Part shown: piece after piece, positions 41,281 to 49,443 of the stretch
Layout: the number at the start of each line of letters is the position of its first letter
Position numbering within the stretch: position 1 is the first letter of the stretch
NCBI GenBank assembly: GCA_003215185.1
Contig: QCKR01000001.1
Coordinates: forward strand, 21,020-85,019
DNA length: 64,000 nucleotides
DNA from: Pelagibacteraceae bacterium AG-410-D23
GTDB taxonomy: Bacteria > Pseudomonadota > Alphaproteobacteria > Pelagibacterales > Pelagibacteraceae
Direction: 5' to 3'
Position numbers and translations under genes: made by a program
Notes under the pieces: generated by a model
Database searches by the model: none
What the model was told of the DNA's origin: nothing
What the model saw: the letters and a program-made list of their open reading frames with translations, nothing else

Positions 41281-42108
41281 ATGTCATTTTTAACATCAAA
41301 ACAACTCAATAAATATAATGAAGATGGATATTTTGCTCCAATAAATGTTTTGTCTAAAGAAGAAGCTAAAGAAATAAGAAATGAAATTGAAAATATAGAA
41401 AAAAAGTGGCCAAATGAATTGGAGGGATTGGGAAGAAATTATATCCATTTAATTTCACCAACATTTGATAAAATTTGTTACAAAACAAAAATACTTGATG
41501 CAGTTGAATCTATAATTGGTAAAAATATTTTAATTTGTGGAACTACCCTTTTTATTAAAAACCCGAAGGAAAAAGGTTTTGTTAGTTTTCATCAAGATGC
41601 AAAATATATTGGTTTGGAACCGTATAATTGGGTGACAGCATGGATAGCAGTAACTGATTCTAATGAAGAGAACGGATGTATGAGAATGTGGGCAGGCTCA
41701 CATAAAGAAAATTTGAAAGATCATAATCAAAAATTCGATGAAAATAATTTACTAACTCGAGGTCAAACAATTGAAAATGTTCCTATCAATGAAACTAATC
41801 CAGTTATTTTAAAAGCTGGACAAATGTCTTTACATAATCCAAAAATTGTTCATGGATCTGGCTTAAACAAAAGTAATGATAGAAGAATTGGATTTGTTGT
41901 TCAAAGCTACATAGGAACTAATGTTGAGCAAGTTTTAGGAAAGATGTATGTACAACAAGCTAGAGGAAATGATAAATTTAAATACCACGAATACGTAAAA
42001 AGACCTACTGAATTAATGAATCTTAAAGATATTCAATCAAGAAAAAAAGCAAACGAAGAATTGTCCAAAATTTTTTATAAAGGATCTAACAAAATAGGAA
42101 AATATTAA
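41281..42108 (+). CDS. Fe(II)/2-oxoglutarate dioxygenase, PhyH family
   Basis: HQD facial-triad motif, TAWIA, ENGCM, distal HGSG.N, RRIG. Confidence 0.88.
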   Translation: MSFLTSKQLNKYNEDGYFAPINVLSKEEAKEIRNEIENIEKKWPNELEGLGRNYIHLISPTFDKICYKTKILDAVESIIGKNILICGTTLFIKNPKEKGFVSFHQDAKYIGLEPYNWVTAWIAVTDSNEENGCMRMWAGSHKENLKDHNQKFDENNLLTRGQTIENVPINETNPVILKAGQMSLHNPKIVHGSGLNKSNDRRIGFVVQSYIGTNVEQVLGKMYVQQARGNDKFKYHEYVKRPTELMNLKDIQSRKKANEELSKIFYKGSNKIGKY

Positions 42109-42114
42109 AAATGT

Positions 42115-43557
42115 TTATATAGCATTAAATTTTTCAACTTGGTCATCAAGAGAAATCATATGATTGTAATGATCTAGCCAAAATTTTTGATCTTTTCTTT
42201 TTTCAAAATCAACTAAACTTATTCCTTGTTGTTCTACCCACGTATAGTATCCCAAATTAAATATTCTTTCCTTATCACTTTGTGATAATTCTATCATATT
42301 ATCTATATCTATTTCTTTTAAATATTTTTTATATATATGTGAACAAGCTGATTCATCAAAAGTACCTTGAAAATTATTTTTTGTTTTTTCTAATTCTGAT
42401 AAATAAAGATCAGCTCCATCAGTAGCAACGGTTATAATAGCATCTTCTTTTCCTAAATTCATATATTTGGCCAATTTTATTGATGCTAAAATATTCGCTA
42501 TACTTGAAAAACCAAATTCAGGTAATTTATTTACTAACGAACTTTCTAGTCCTAATTTTTTAATCAAATATTCTTTACCAATTTTAGTATTAAATACTAA
42601 ATTTAAATTATCAGTAGCTTTATCAGAAATATCTACTACAAAATCTGTATTCATAACATTATGAATTAATGGGACATGTTTATCACCGATTCCTTGAATA
42701 TTGTGCTCGCCATAACCATTTTTTAGCAAAGTAGGACACTCTAAAGCTTCAACTACGGCAGTTAAAGTTCCTAAGCTGTCTTTAAGATAATCTCCTGCTG
42801 CCAAAGTACCGCTTGAACCTGAAGCACTAACATAAAATCTTGGTTTTAAATTTGAGTCTTTTTTTACTTCCAAAAAAGTTTTTTCTAAAGATGGACCAGT
42901 AACAGCTCTATGTATTGCATAATTATAATATTCTGAAAACTGATTAATAATATCATTTTTTTCATCTTTCTTTAGTTCATTACAAGCATCATATATTTCT
43001 TTAACATTACTCTCTGTTCCGGGTGTTTTTATAATATCTTTTGGATCATCTACCCATTTTTCTAACCAATCAAATCTTTCTTTGCTCATTCCTTCAGGTA
43101 AAATTGCAACACTTTTAAGACCTAAAATTCTAGATATTGCCACTCCACCTCTACAATAATTTCCAGTTGATGGCCAGACAGCTTTGTGTTTTGAATAGTC
43201 AAAATCTCCATCTAATATTCTTGGCAACAAACAGCCATAAGCTGCTAAAACTTTATGAGCAGTAATAAGAGGAAATAGTCTTCCTATATTAACAATAATT
43301 TTTGCTTCAACTCCCGTGAATTCACTTGGAAGAATAATATGCTCTGGTATTTTTGAAAAATCATTATGGTCTCTATTATTAAACCAATGAACGCGGAATA
43401 AATTCAAAGGGTCAACAGCATTTTTATCTACTTTGTTTAATTTTTTTACTATGCTTTCTTTAATGGAGTGAGGATTACAGAGTTCTGAAATTTTTGGCAA
43501 AATTATACCTTTTTTCTTAAAGTATTCAGAAGTTTTAATGACAATCGTTTCGTTCAT
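42115..43557 (-). CDS. PLP-dependent fold-type II enzyme (cysteine synthase/threonine dehydratase-like, uncharacterised)
   Basis: AHKV (Schiff-base Lys), WPSTGNY, SGSSGT, IQGIG. Confidence 0.8.
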   Translation of the reverse strand: MNETIVIKTSEYFKKKGIILPKISELCNPHSIKESIVKKLNKVDKNAVDPLNLFRVHWFNNRDHNDFSKIPEHIILPSEFTGVEAKIIVNIGRLFPLITAHKVLAAYGCLLPRILDGDFDYSKHKAVWPSTGNYCRGGVAISRILGLKSVAILPEGMSKERFDWLEKWVDDPKDIIKTPGTESNVKEIYDACNELKKDEKNDIINQFSEYYNYAIHRAVTGPSLEKTFLEVKKDSNLKPRFYVSASGSSGTLAAGDYLKDSLGTLTAVVEALECPTLLKNGYGEHNIQGIGDKHVPLIHNVMNTDFVVDISDKATDNLNLVFNTKIGKEYLIKKLGLESSLVNKLPEFGFSSIANILASIKLAKYMNLGKEDAIITVATDGADLYLSELEKTKNNFQGTFDESACSHIYKKYLKEIDIDNMIELSQSDKERIFNLGYYTWVEQQGISLVDFEKRKDQKFWLDHYNHMISLDDQVEKFNAI

Positions 43558-43634
43558 AGTTATAAATTTTATAATTTTTATATCATTTTTTTAATGATAA
43601 AAGAAACCAATAGAACTAATAAATTTAAAAATTT

Positions 43635-44414
43635 ATGGATTGTACAATTTCGTCGATACATTACTGCCCAGTCAAATCTTTATCCTTCCAAACTATTAAA
43701 TCTTGTAATATTAAAAAAGATTTAGGCATGTTAAATGACAGATTATTTGCCTTTTCTAGAGGTGTAGACTTAGAAAAAGCAAAATTGATAGAACAAAACC
43801 CAAATGAAAGAAAGCTAAATGATTTATTAACATTAAAAAATTCACCTGTCTTAAATAAATATAACTTTTCATATAGCAATAATAAACTTTCTCTTAATTT
43901 AAGTGATAAAGAAATAATTTCGATTTCACCAGATAACCAGAAAGAGAGATCTTTGCTTGCAAACAAATTAATAGAATTGGAAAGTTCACTATCAAAACCT
44001 ATTTTCCTTTTAAAAAATAATGAATTTCCATTTTTTGATACTTCAAACTCAAATAAAGTTTTTAATTCCATATCTTTAATAAATCTTAATAGCATTGTTG
44101 ATTTTGAAAAAAAAATTAATAAAAAAGTGGAATTTCAAAGATTTAGAGCTAATTTTTATATTGATGGTACTCAAGCTTGGGAAGAACGTAATTGGATTGG
44201 TAAAATTATAAAAATAAATAATATATCTTTTAAAGTTGAAAAAAATATTCCCAGATGTGTGGCAATAAATCTTCAGCCTAAAACAGAAAAAATCACTAAC
44301 AACATGCTACAGTCATTAAAGAAAAACTATGATCATTACGATATGGGAATATATTTAACTGCATTAAATGATGGTGACATAAAGATTGGAAATAAGGTTG
44401 AATTAAATCAATAA
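43635..44414 (+). CDS. MOSC domain protein (mARC/YcbX-like)
   Basis: PVKS, DRLFA, RFRAN, IPRC motifs. Confidence 0.85.
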   Translation: MDCTISSIHYCPVKSLSFQTIKSCNIKKDLGMLNDRLFAFSRGVDLEKAKLIEQNPNERKLNDLLTLKNSPVLNKYNFSYSNNKLSLNLSDKEIISISPDNQKERSLLANKLIELESSLSKPIFLLKNNEFPFFDTSNSNKVFNSISLINLNSIVDFEKKINKKVEFQRFRANFYIDGTQAWEERNWIGKIIKINNISFKVEKNIPRCVAINLQPKTEKITNNMLQSLKKNYDHYDMGIYLTALNDGDIKIGNKVELNQ

Positions 44415-44525
44415 ATTTATTCAAAGAATTATAATAGCAACCTCAGATTGAATTATTTCTTATATACAAACAACATATTTTCTTGTTAAATTATTTTTCA
44501 AATTAACTTTAAAGGGGAGAATAAA

Positions 44526-45371
44526 ATGAGTAGATTTTTAAAATCGTTCACTGTTTTTCTTGTTATTCTTTTTAGTGTTTCATCTGTAAACGCAGCAACA
44601 CTAACTGATAGATTAAAAGATGGACATAAATTAAGACTTGGGTTTGGTACAGCTGTGCCATGGGCATATGCTGGAGATAATGGTGAAGCATTAGGTTTCG
44701 TTAACATGATTGCTTTAACTGTTCTAGAAGAAATGGGTATTACAGAACACGAAACTAAAGTTTTCGAGTGGTCTGGATTAATTCCTGGAATAAATGCAGA
44801 TCGTTCAGACATGATAACTGGCGGTATGTATATTTTAAAAAGTAGATGCGCAAACATAAACTTTTCAGATCCTATAGGAGTTTTTGGTGATGCTATGTTA
44901 GTCCCAAAAGGAAATCCTAAAAATATAAATAACTACCAAGATGTTATTGATACAGGAGCTACACTGGTAACTGGCGCTGGCTTCAATACAGTTGAGGCAG
45001 CTAAAAAATTTGGTGTTCCAGACAGTCAAATGCTTTTAGTTGAAGGTGAAGTAGGAATACTCGCTGCAATGAAAGCTGGAAGAGCTGATGCTGCTGTTCA
45101 AACTTTCTTTGGTGCAAAAGAACATGAAGAAAAAACAGGTGGCGCATTTGAAGTCACTGATCCTAAGTTAATGCCTAAAGAAACTGTAAACGTAGTAGGT
45201 ATTGGTTTTAGAAAAAGTGATGACGAATTTAGAAAAGCGTTTAATGCTGCTTTAGCTAAAGTTATGGCTAATCCAGCGAAAATGTTGGAGAGAGCTGGTA
45301 AATATGGCTACGATAAAGCTCAATTACCTCCTCCTGATATGACTACTGAGTGGGCTTGCTCAACGAAGTAG
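44526..45371 (+). CDS. ehuB: EhuB-like ABC substrate-binding protein (family 3)
   Basis: Signal peptide; LIPG..ADR.DMI.GGMYI...RC; VPKGNPK; C-terminal Cys; SD GGGGAG. Confidence 0.7.
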   Translation: MSRFLKSFTVFLVILFSVSSVNAATLTDRLKDGHKLRLGFGTAVPWAYAGDNGEALGFVNMIALTVLEEMGITEHETKVFEWSGLIPGINADRSDMITGGMYILKSRCANINFSDPIGVFGDAMLVPKGNPKNINNYQDVIDTGATLVTGAGFNTVEAAKKFGVPDSQMLLVEGEVGILAAMKAGRADAAVQTFFGAKEHEEKTGGAFEVTDPKLMPKETVNVVGIGFRKSDDEFRKAFNAALAKVMANPAKMLERAGKYGYDKAQLPPPDMTTEWACSTK

Positions 45372-45391
45372 TAATAATTAATTATTTATTT

Positions 45392-45422
45392 AATCAGGCG
45401 ATCAAATAACGGTCGCCTGATT
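45392..45422 (+). terminator. Stem-loop between SBP and permease genes (partial terminator or mRNA stabiliser)
   Basis: AATCAGGCGATC-aaataac-GGTCGCCTGATT, followed by T-rich sequence. Confidence 0.7.
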
Positions 45423-45450
45423 TCATTTAATTTTAACTGATAGTTATACA

Positions 45451-46122
45451 TTGAGTTATTTTGCATTCTTAGCTGAACACGGAACAACACTGTTATTAGG
45501 CACAGTCACTACAATAAAAGTATTGGTTTGTTCAATTATTCTTTATGTAATTATTTCAATGATTTTTGGATTGATGCGCTTATCCAAAAATCCAATTATA
45601 CAAGGTACTGCAACTGTATATATAGAATTTTTTAGAGGAACATCTTTATTGGTTCAATTGTTTTGGGCCTATTATGTATTACCTTTTTTTGGTATTTCAT
45701 TAGAAGCTTTTACAGCAGGTGTAGCAGCTCTAGGTTTGAACTTTGGTGCGTATGGAGCCGAAATAGTTCGAGGGGGTATATTAGCAGTTCCCAAAGGACA
45801 ATGGGAGGCCGCACATGCGTTAAATTTTAGTCCAGCAAAAAGAATTAAAAGAATTATTATTCCACAAATATTTCCAATTATTTTGCCACCAGCTGCAAAT
45901 TTAACAGTAGAACTTTTAAAAGCAACTGCACTTGTAGCTTTAGTTACAGTTGTTGATTTAACTTTTGAAGCAAAACAAATTAATTCTATTACATGGCTTT
46001 CAGCACAATGTTTTGGAACAGCTTTGTTAATTTATTACTTCATGTCTAGATTTGCTCTTGTTCCTTTTTTAAGATGGTTAGAAGTTTTGGCTGCAAAAAA
46101 AGTTGGAAGGGGAAAGGTATAG
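45451..46122 (+). CDS. ehuC: EhuC-like ABC permease
   Basis: YIEFFRGTSLLVQLFW, GAYGAEIVRG, VPKGQWEA; TTG start. Confidence 0.8.
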   Translation: MSYFAFLAEHGTTLLLGTVTTIKVLVCSIILYVIISMIFGLMRLSKNPIIQGTATVYIEFFRGTSLLVQLFWAYYVLPFFGISLEAFTAGVAALGLNFGAYGAEIVRGGILAVPKGQWEAAHALNFSPAKRIKRIIIPQIFPIILPPAANLTVELLKATALVALVTVVDLTFEAKQINSITWLSAQCFGTALLIYYFMSRFALVPFLRWLEVLAAKKVGRGKV

Positions 46123-46126
46123 TTTT

Positions 46127-46804
46127 ATGGAAATGGGATGGAGATGGGATTTTGCTTATGAAATTTTGCCACAAATGTTATGGGCAACGTTAAATACTAT
46201 AATAGCAGCGGGCGTAGGCTATGCAATAGCTTTGGTTGTTGGATTATTTTTTCTACTTGGCCAAAGAACTCCTTCTAAAATTATTAACTTCATAAATAGA
46301 GAAATAGTAGAGTTCATTCGTTCAACACCACTTTTAATACAATTATTTTTTGTTTACTTTGTGCTGCCTCAATTTGGTATAAAATTATCAGCATGGTTAT
46401 GTGGAATGATTACGATTGGTCTTCATTTTGGTACTTATCTTTCGGAAGTTTATAGAGGTGCACTAGAAGGTGTTCCAAAAACACAATGGGAAGCATGTAG
46501 AGCATTAAATTTTTCTACTGTTTACACATATAGAAGAATCGTTTTACCGCAGGCTTTTCCTATAGCAATACCAGGAATGGGAAATTATTTAGTAGGAATT
46601 TTTAAAGATACTCCGCTTTTGTCCACAATAGGTGTTGCAGAATTGTTTCATGCAGCAACAGCAGTTGGAGGTTATAATTATAGATATTTGGAACCTTATA
46701 CAATGGTTGGTATAATATTCTTAATTCTTTCTGTGCCAGCAGCAATGTGGGTTAGAAGATTAGAAGCAAGAGTAAATGTGGCCCAAGGAAAAATTAAACA
46801 ATAA
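46127..46804 (+). CDS. ehuD: EhuD-like ABC permease
   Basis: W.WDFA N-terminus, EFIRSTPLLIQL, GNYLVGIFKDTPLLS, RYLEPYT. Confidence 0.8.
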   Translation: MEMGWRWDFAYEILPQMLWATLNTIIAAGVGYAIALVVGLFFLLGQRTPSKIINFINREIVEFIRSTPLLIQLFFVYFVLPQFGIKLSAWLCGMITIGLHFGTYLSEVYRGALEGVPKTQWEACRALNFSTVYTYRRIVLPQAFPIAIPGMGNYLVGIFKDTPLLSTIGVAELFHAATAVGGYNYRYLEPYTMVGIIFLILSVPAAMWVRRLEARVNVAQGKIKQ

Positions 46805-46816
46805 TGATTTAAGATT

Positions 46817-47608
46817 ATGGAAAATAAAAAGTCTGAAGAAATTATAGTAAAGTTTGATGAAGTAACAAAACAATACGGTGATCTTGTAGTTTTGGACAAG
46901 TTAAATTTAGATATTAAAAAAAATGAGATGGTGTCTATTATTGGACCATCAGGTTCAGGAAAAACAACAGTTCTAAGAGTTTTAATGACATTAGAAAAAA
47001 TTAACGGGGGAGTTATACATTTAGATGGTGAAACACTTACTCATATGAATTCAAATGGAAAATTAGTTGATGCTGATGAAAAATATCTAAGAGAAAGACG
47101 GTCAAAAATAGGTATGGTATTCCAGCAATTTAATTTATTTCCACATATGACTGCATTACAAAATTGTATTGAAGCTCCAGTAGAAGTGCTTGGTTTAAAA
47201 AAAGAAGAAGCAGAACAAAGGGCACTTGAATTATTAGAATTAGTAGGTTTAACTGACAAGAAAGATCAGCATCCAACTAGGTTATCTGGTGGGCAACAGC
47301 AACGTGTTGCGATTGCGAGAGCGTTGGCAATGAGACCAAAAGTAATGCTACTAGATGAAATTACATCTGCTTTAGATCCAGAGGTAGTTGGAGAAGTTCT
47401 GAACGTAATCAGATCTTTGAATAAAGAACATAACCTTACAATGATAATGGTAACTCACCAAATGGGATTTGCACGAGAAATATCAGATCGAGTATGTTTT
47501 TTTAACGAGGGAAAAATATTTGAACAAGGACCCCCAGAACAATTATTTGGAGATCCAAAAAACGAAAGAACAAAACAATTTTTGCATGCGGTACTTGATG
47601 CAAATTAA
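46817..47608 (+). CDS. ehuA: EhuA-like ABC ATPase
   Basis: [43 protein letters not shown]. Confidence 0.85.
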   Translation: MENKKSEEIIVKFDEVTKQYGDLVVLDKLNLDIKKNEMVSIIGPSGSGKTTVLRVLMTLEKINGGVIHLDGETLTHMNSNGKLVDADEKYLRERRSKIGMVFQQFNLFPHMTALQNCIEAPVEVLGLKKEEAEQRALELLELVGLTDKKDQHPTRLSGGQQQRVAIARALAMRPKVMLLDEITSALDPEVVGEVLNVIRSLNKEHNLTMIMVTHQMGFAREISDRVCFFNEGKIFEQGPPEQLFGDPKNERTKQFLHAVLDAN

Positions 47609-47611
47609 ACA

Positions 47612-47776
47612 ATGAATACAGCATTAACAATTATTGGTCTTGCAATGTTCATTTTTATTATCGTTTTTAGCTTAAAACGTGCAAGAGATAAAAAGAAAGC
47701 TCAACAAGAAGAACATCAAAAAATCAAAGAGTACGGCGAAAGCATAAACGAAGAAACAAGAAATAAAAATAAATGA
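47612..47776 (+). CDS. Small single-TM protein, 54 aa (below the ORF-track cutoff)
   Basis: MNTALTIIGLAMFIFIIVFSLKRARDKKKAQQEEHQKIKEYGESINEETRNKNK; starts 3 nt after the ehuA stop. Confidence 0.65.
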   Translation: MNTALTIIGLAMFIFIIVFSLKRARDKKKAQQEEHQKIKEYGESINEETRNKNK

Positions 47777-47868
47777 TTGAAGTATTAATTAAAATTACGC
47801 CACCATTACGACTCATCAAGTTGTATTTATGAATAATCTTTGTTAATTCTACAAAATTTTATAAGTGT

Positions 47869-47882
47869 AAGGGGCGTTCTGT
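47869..47882. repeat. Distal att core (displaced copy of the ssrA 3' end)
   Basis: AAGGGGCGTTCTGT, identical to 50700-50713. Confidence 0.85.
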
Positions 47883-47928
47883 GTCCCCCGAGAACTAAAT
47901 CATACCAAAATACCTAGGTTATTTAAAT

Positions 47929-47995
47929 ACTTCATTGAAGACTTCACTGAAAGTTTGACCTTTTTTCAAAAACCCTGTTTCTAGACTTCATTGAG
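47929..47995. repeat. Left-end arm-site-like repeats (3 copies)
   Basis: ACTTCATTGAA 47929, ACTTCACTGAA 47941, ACTTCATTGAG 47985. Confidence 0.85.
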
Positions 47996-48015
47996 AATTG
48001 GGGTTAATTTAAGAA

Positions 48016-48744
48016 GTGGTTAAAAAAGATAAATCATTAAGACTTAGCAGGTCTAGATGGGATAGTTTTATTAAATGCCCAAAATGTTTTTATCTAAAAG
48101 AAAAACACAATATAAATCCACCCAGTCAACCTGGTCACCCAATCAATTCAAGAGTCGACGCCCTTTTAAAAGTAGAATTTGACCAATTAAGAGAAAAAGG
48201 CAAACCACACCCTATTTTTAAAGAATATAATGTAAACTTTATTCCTTACAATAAACTCGATCCAGAAGTTCTAGCAAGATATAGAAATAATTTTAAAGGT
48301 GTAGAGGCAAAATCTAAAAAAACAAAATATATATTATTTGGTTCATTAGATGATTTATGGTTTAATTTAGATACTGATGAAATAGTGGTTTTAGACTACA
48401 AAGCGACGTCTAACAAAAATCTTGAGGATTACACAACATCAGACAAATATTATCACAAATCCTATTTGAGACAGTTGGACTTTTATGCTTATTTGTTAAA
48501 ACTAAACGATTATAAAGTGCATAAAAAAGGTTACTGGTTAATTTGTAACGCTGCTAATGAAAATCAAAAGAGTTTCAAAAATAATGTAAGTTTTAAAACA
48601 ACTCTTTTAGAATATGAATTAAAGACAGATTATATTGAAGATAGTTTGCAAGATTTAGAAAAATGCCTTGAAAGTAAAAAAATTCCTATATCAGGTGATG
48701 ATTGTGATAATTGTAGATGGTTTGATGAGAGAAAAAAATATTAA
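48016..48744 (+). CDS. PD-(D/E)XK RecB/Cas4-like nuclease with four Cys
   Basis: LSRS...CPKCF, GSLDD, VLDYKAT, RQLDFY (QxxxY), C-terminal CDNC; GTG start. Confidence 0.8.
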   Translation: MVKKDKSLRLSRSRWDSFIKCPKCFYLKEKHNINPPSQPGHPINSRVDALLKVEFDQLREKGKPHPIFKEYNVNFIPYNKLDPEVLARYRNNFKGVEAKSKKTKYILFGSLDDLWFNLDTDEIVVLDYKATSNKNLEDYTTSDKYYHKSYLRQLDFYAYLLKLNDYKVHKKGYWLICNAANENQKSFKNNVSFKTTLLEYELKTDYIEDSLQDLEKCLESKKIPISGDDCDNCRWFDERKKY

Positions 48745-48774
48745 TTTATAGTTGAGGACCTAAAATAACAAAAA

Positions 48775-49443
48775 ATGAATATTATATCAAAAATTGAGGA
48801 TGAGATTTTACCAAGATTAACTCAAGAAACTTGTAAATTATTAAATCTAAAAAAAAAAGAACTATCAGAATTAAGTTGGCAGACAGGTGAAAGTAATACT
48901 GATACTGACTTTTCTAATTTATCAAAAGAATGCTGTTATATTGCTTTTAAAAATATCAATAAAATAAAAGATCTTAGTTTAGAAATTAGTATTCCAGATT
49001 TAAAAATTAAATTTAAATATAAAAAAAAAATCATTGATAAAAAAATAGAATTAAAATCAACTAAATCAATTAACTCAAAAATACCTGGGTCGATGATTAA
49101 AAGTCTAGACCCAAATATTTGGACAATTATGTGTTGTCGGGCAGATAAAAAAGATAAAATCGAGGTTAGATATGGAAGATATTTTATTGGTATGGAAATT
49201 TCTGTATATGAGAAGTTTCAAGATAGATCCCCAAGACCGAGTTTAAATTTTAACAAATTTCAGAAACATGATGAAAAACCTAAAATTGCTATTACTACAA
49301 TGTCTAAGTCTTTTTGGAAAGATTATGCCAAGTCAGCAGTAAAAAGAGTTTTGGAACCCCAACAGTATTCTTGGCAAGATGATTTGGTAAAAGAAATAAT
49401 TAAAATAGTATTAAAAGATCCAAAAAAATTTAAGGATATTTAG
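48775..49443 (+). CDS. Putative type II restriction endonuclease
   Basis: IPDL...IELKS matches PD-(D/E)xK; convergent with and overlapping a C5 MTase. Confidence 0.6.
   Translation: MNIISKIEDEILPRLTQETCKLLNLKKKELSELSWQTGESNTDTDFSNLSKECCYIAFKNINKIKDLSLEISIPDLKIKFKYKKKIIDKKIELKSTKSINSKIPGSMIKSLDPNIWTIMCCRADKKDKIEVRYGRYFIGMEISVYEKFQDRSPRPSLNFNKFQKHDEKPKIAITTMSKSFWKDYAKSAVKRVLEPQQYSWQDDLVKEIIKIVLKDPKKFKDI

Noticed and set aside
41281-42108. PhyH gene as ectoine hydroxylase EctD because of the nearby ehu genes
   Set aside because: Lacks the EctD signature FxWHSDFETWHxEDG; it has FHQDAKY instead.
47795-47810. TTACGCCACCATTACG as a remnant tRNA 3' end or second att site
   Set aside because: Only a short CCACCA match, no T arm, and opposite orientation to the ssrA acceptor end.
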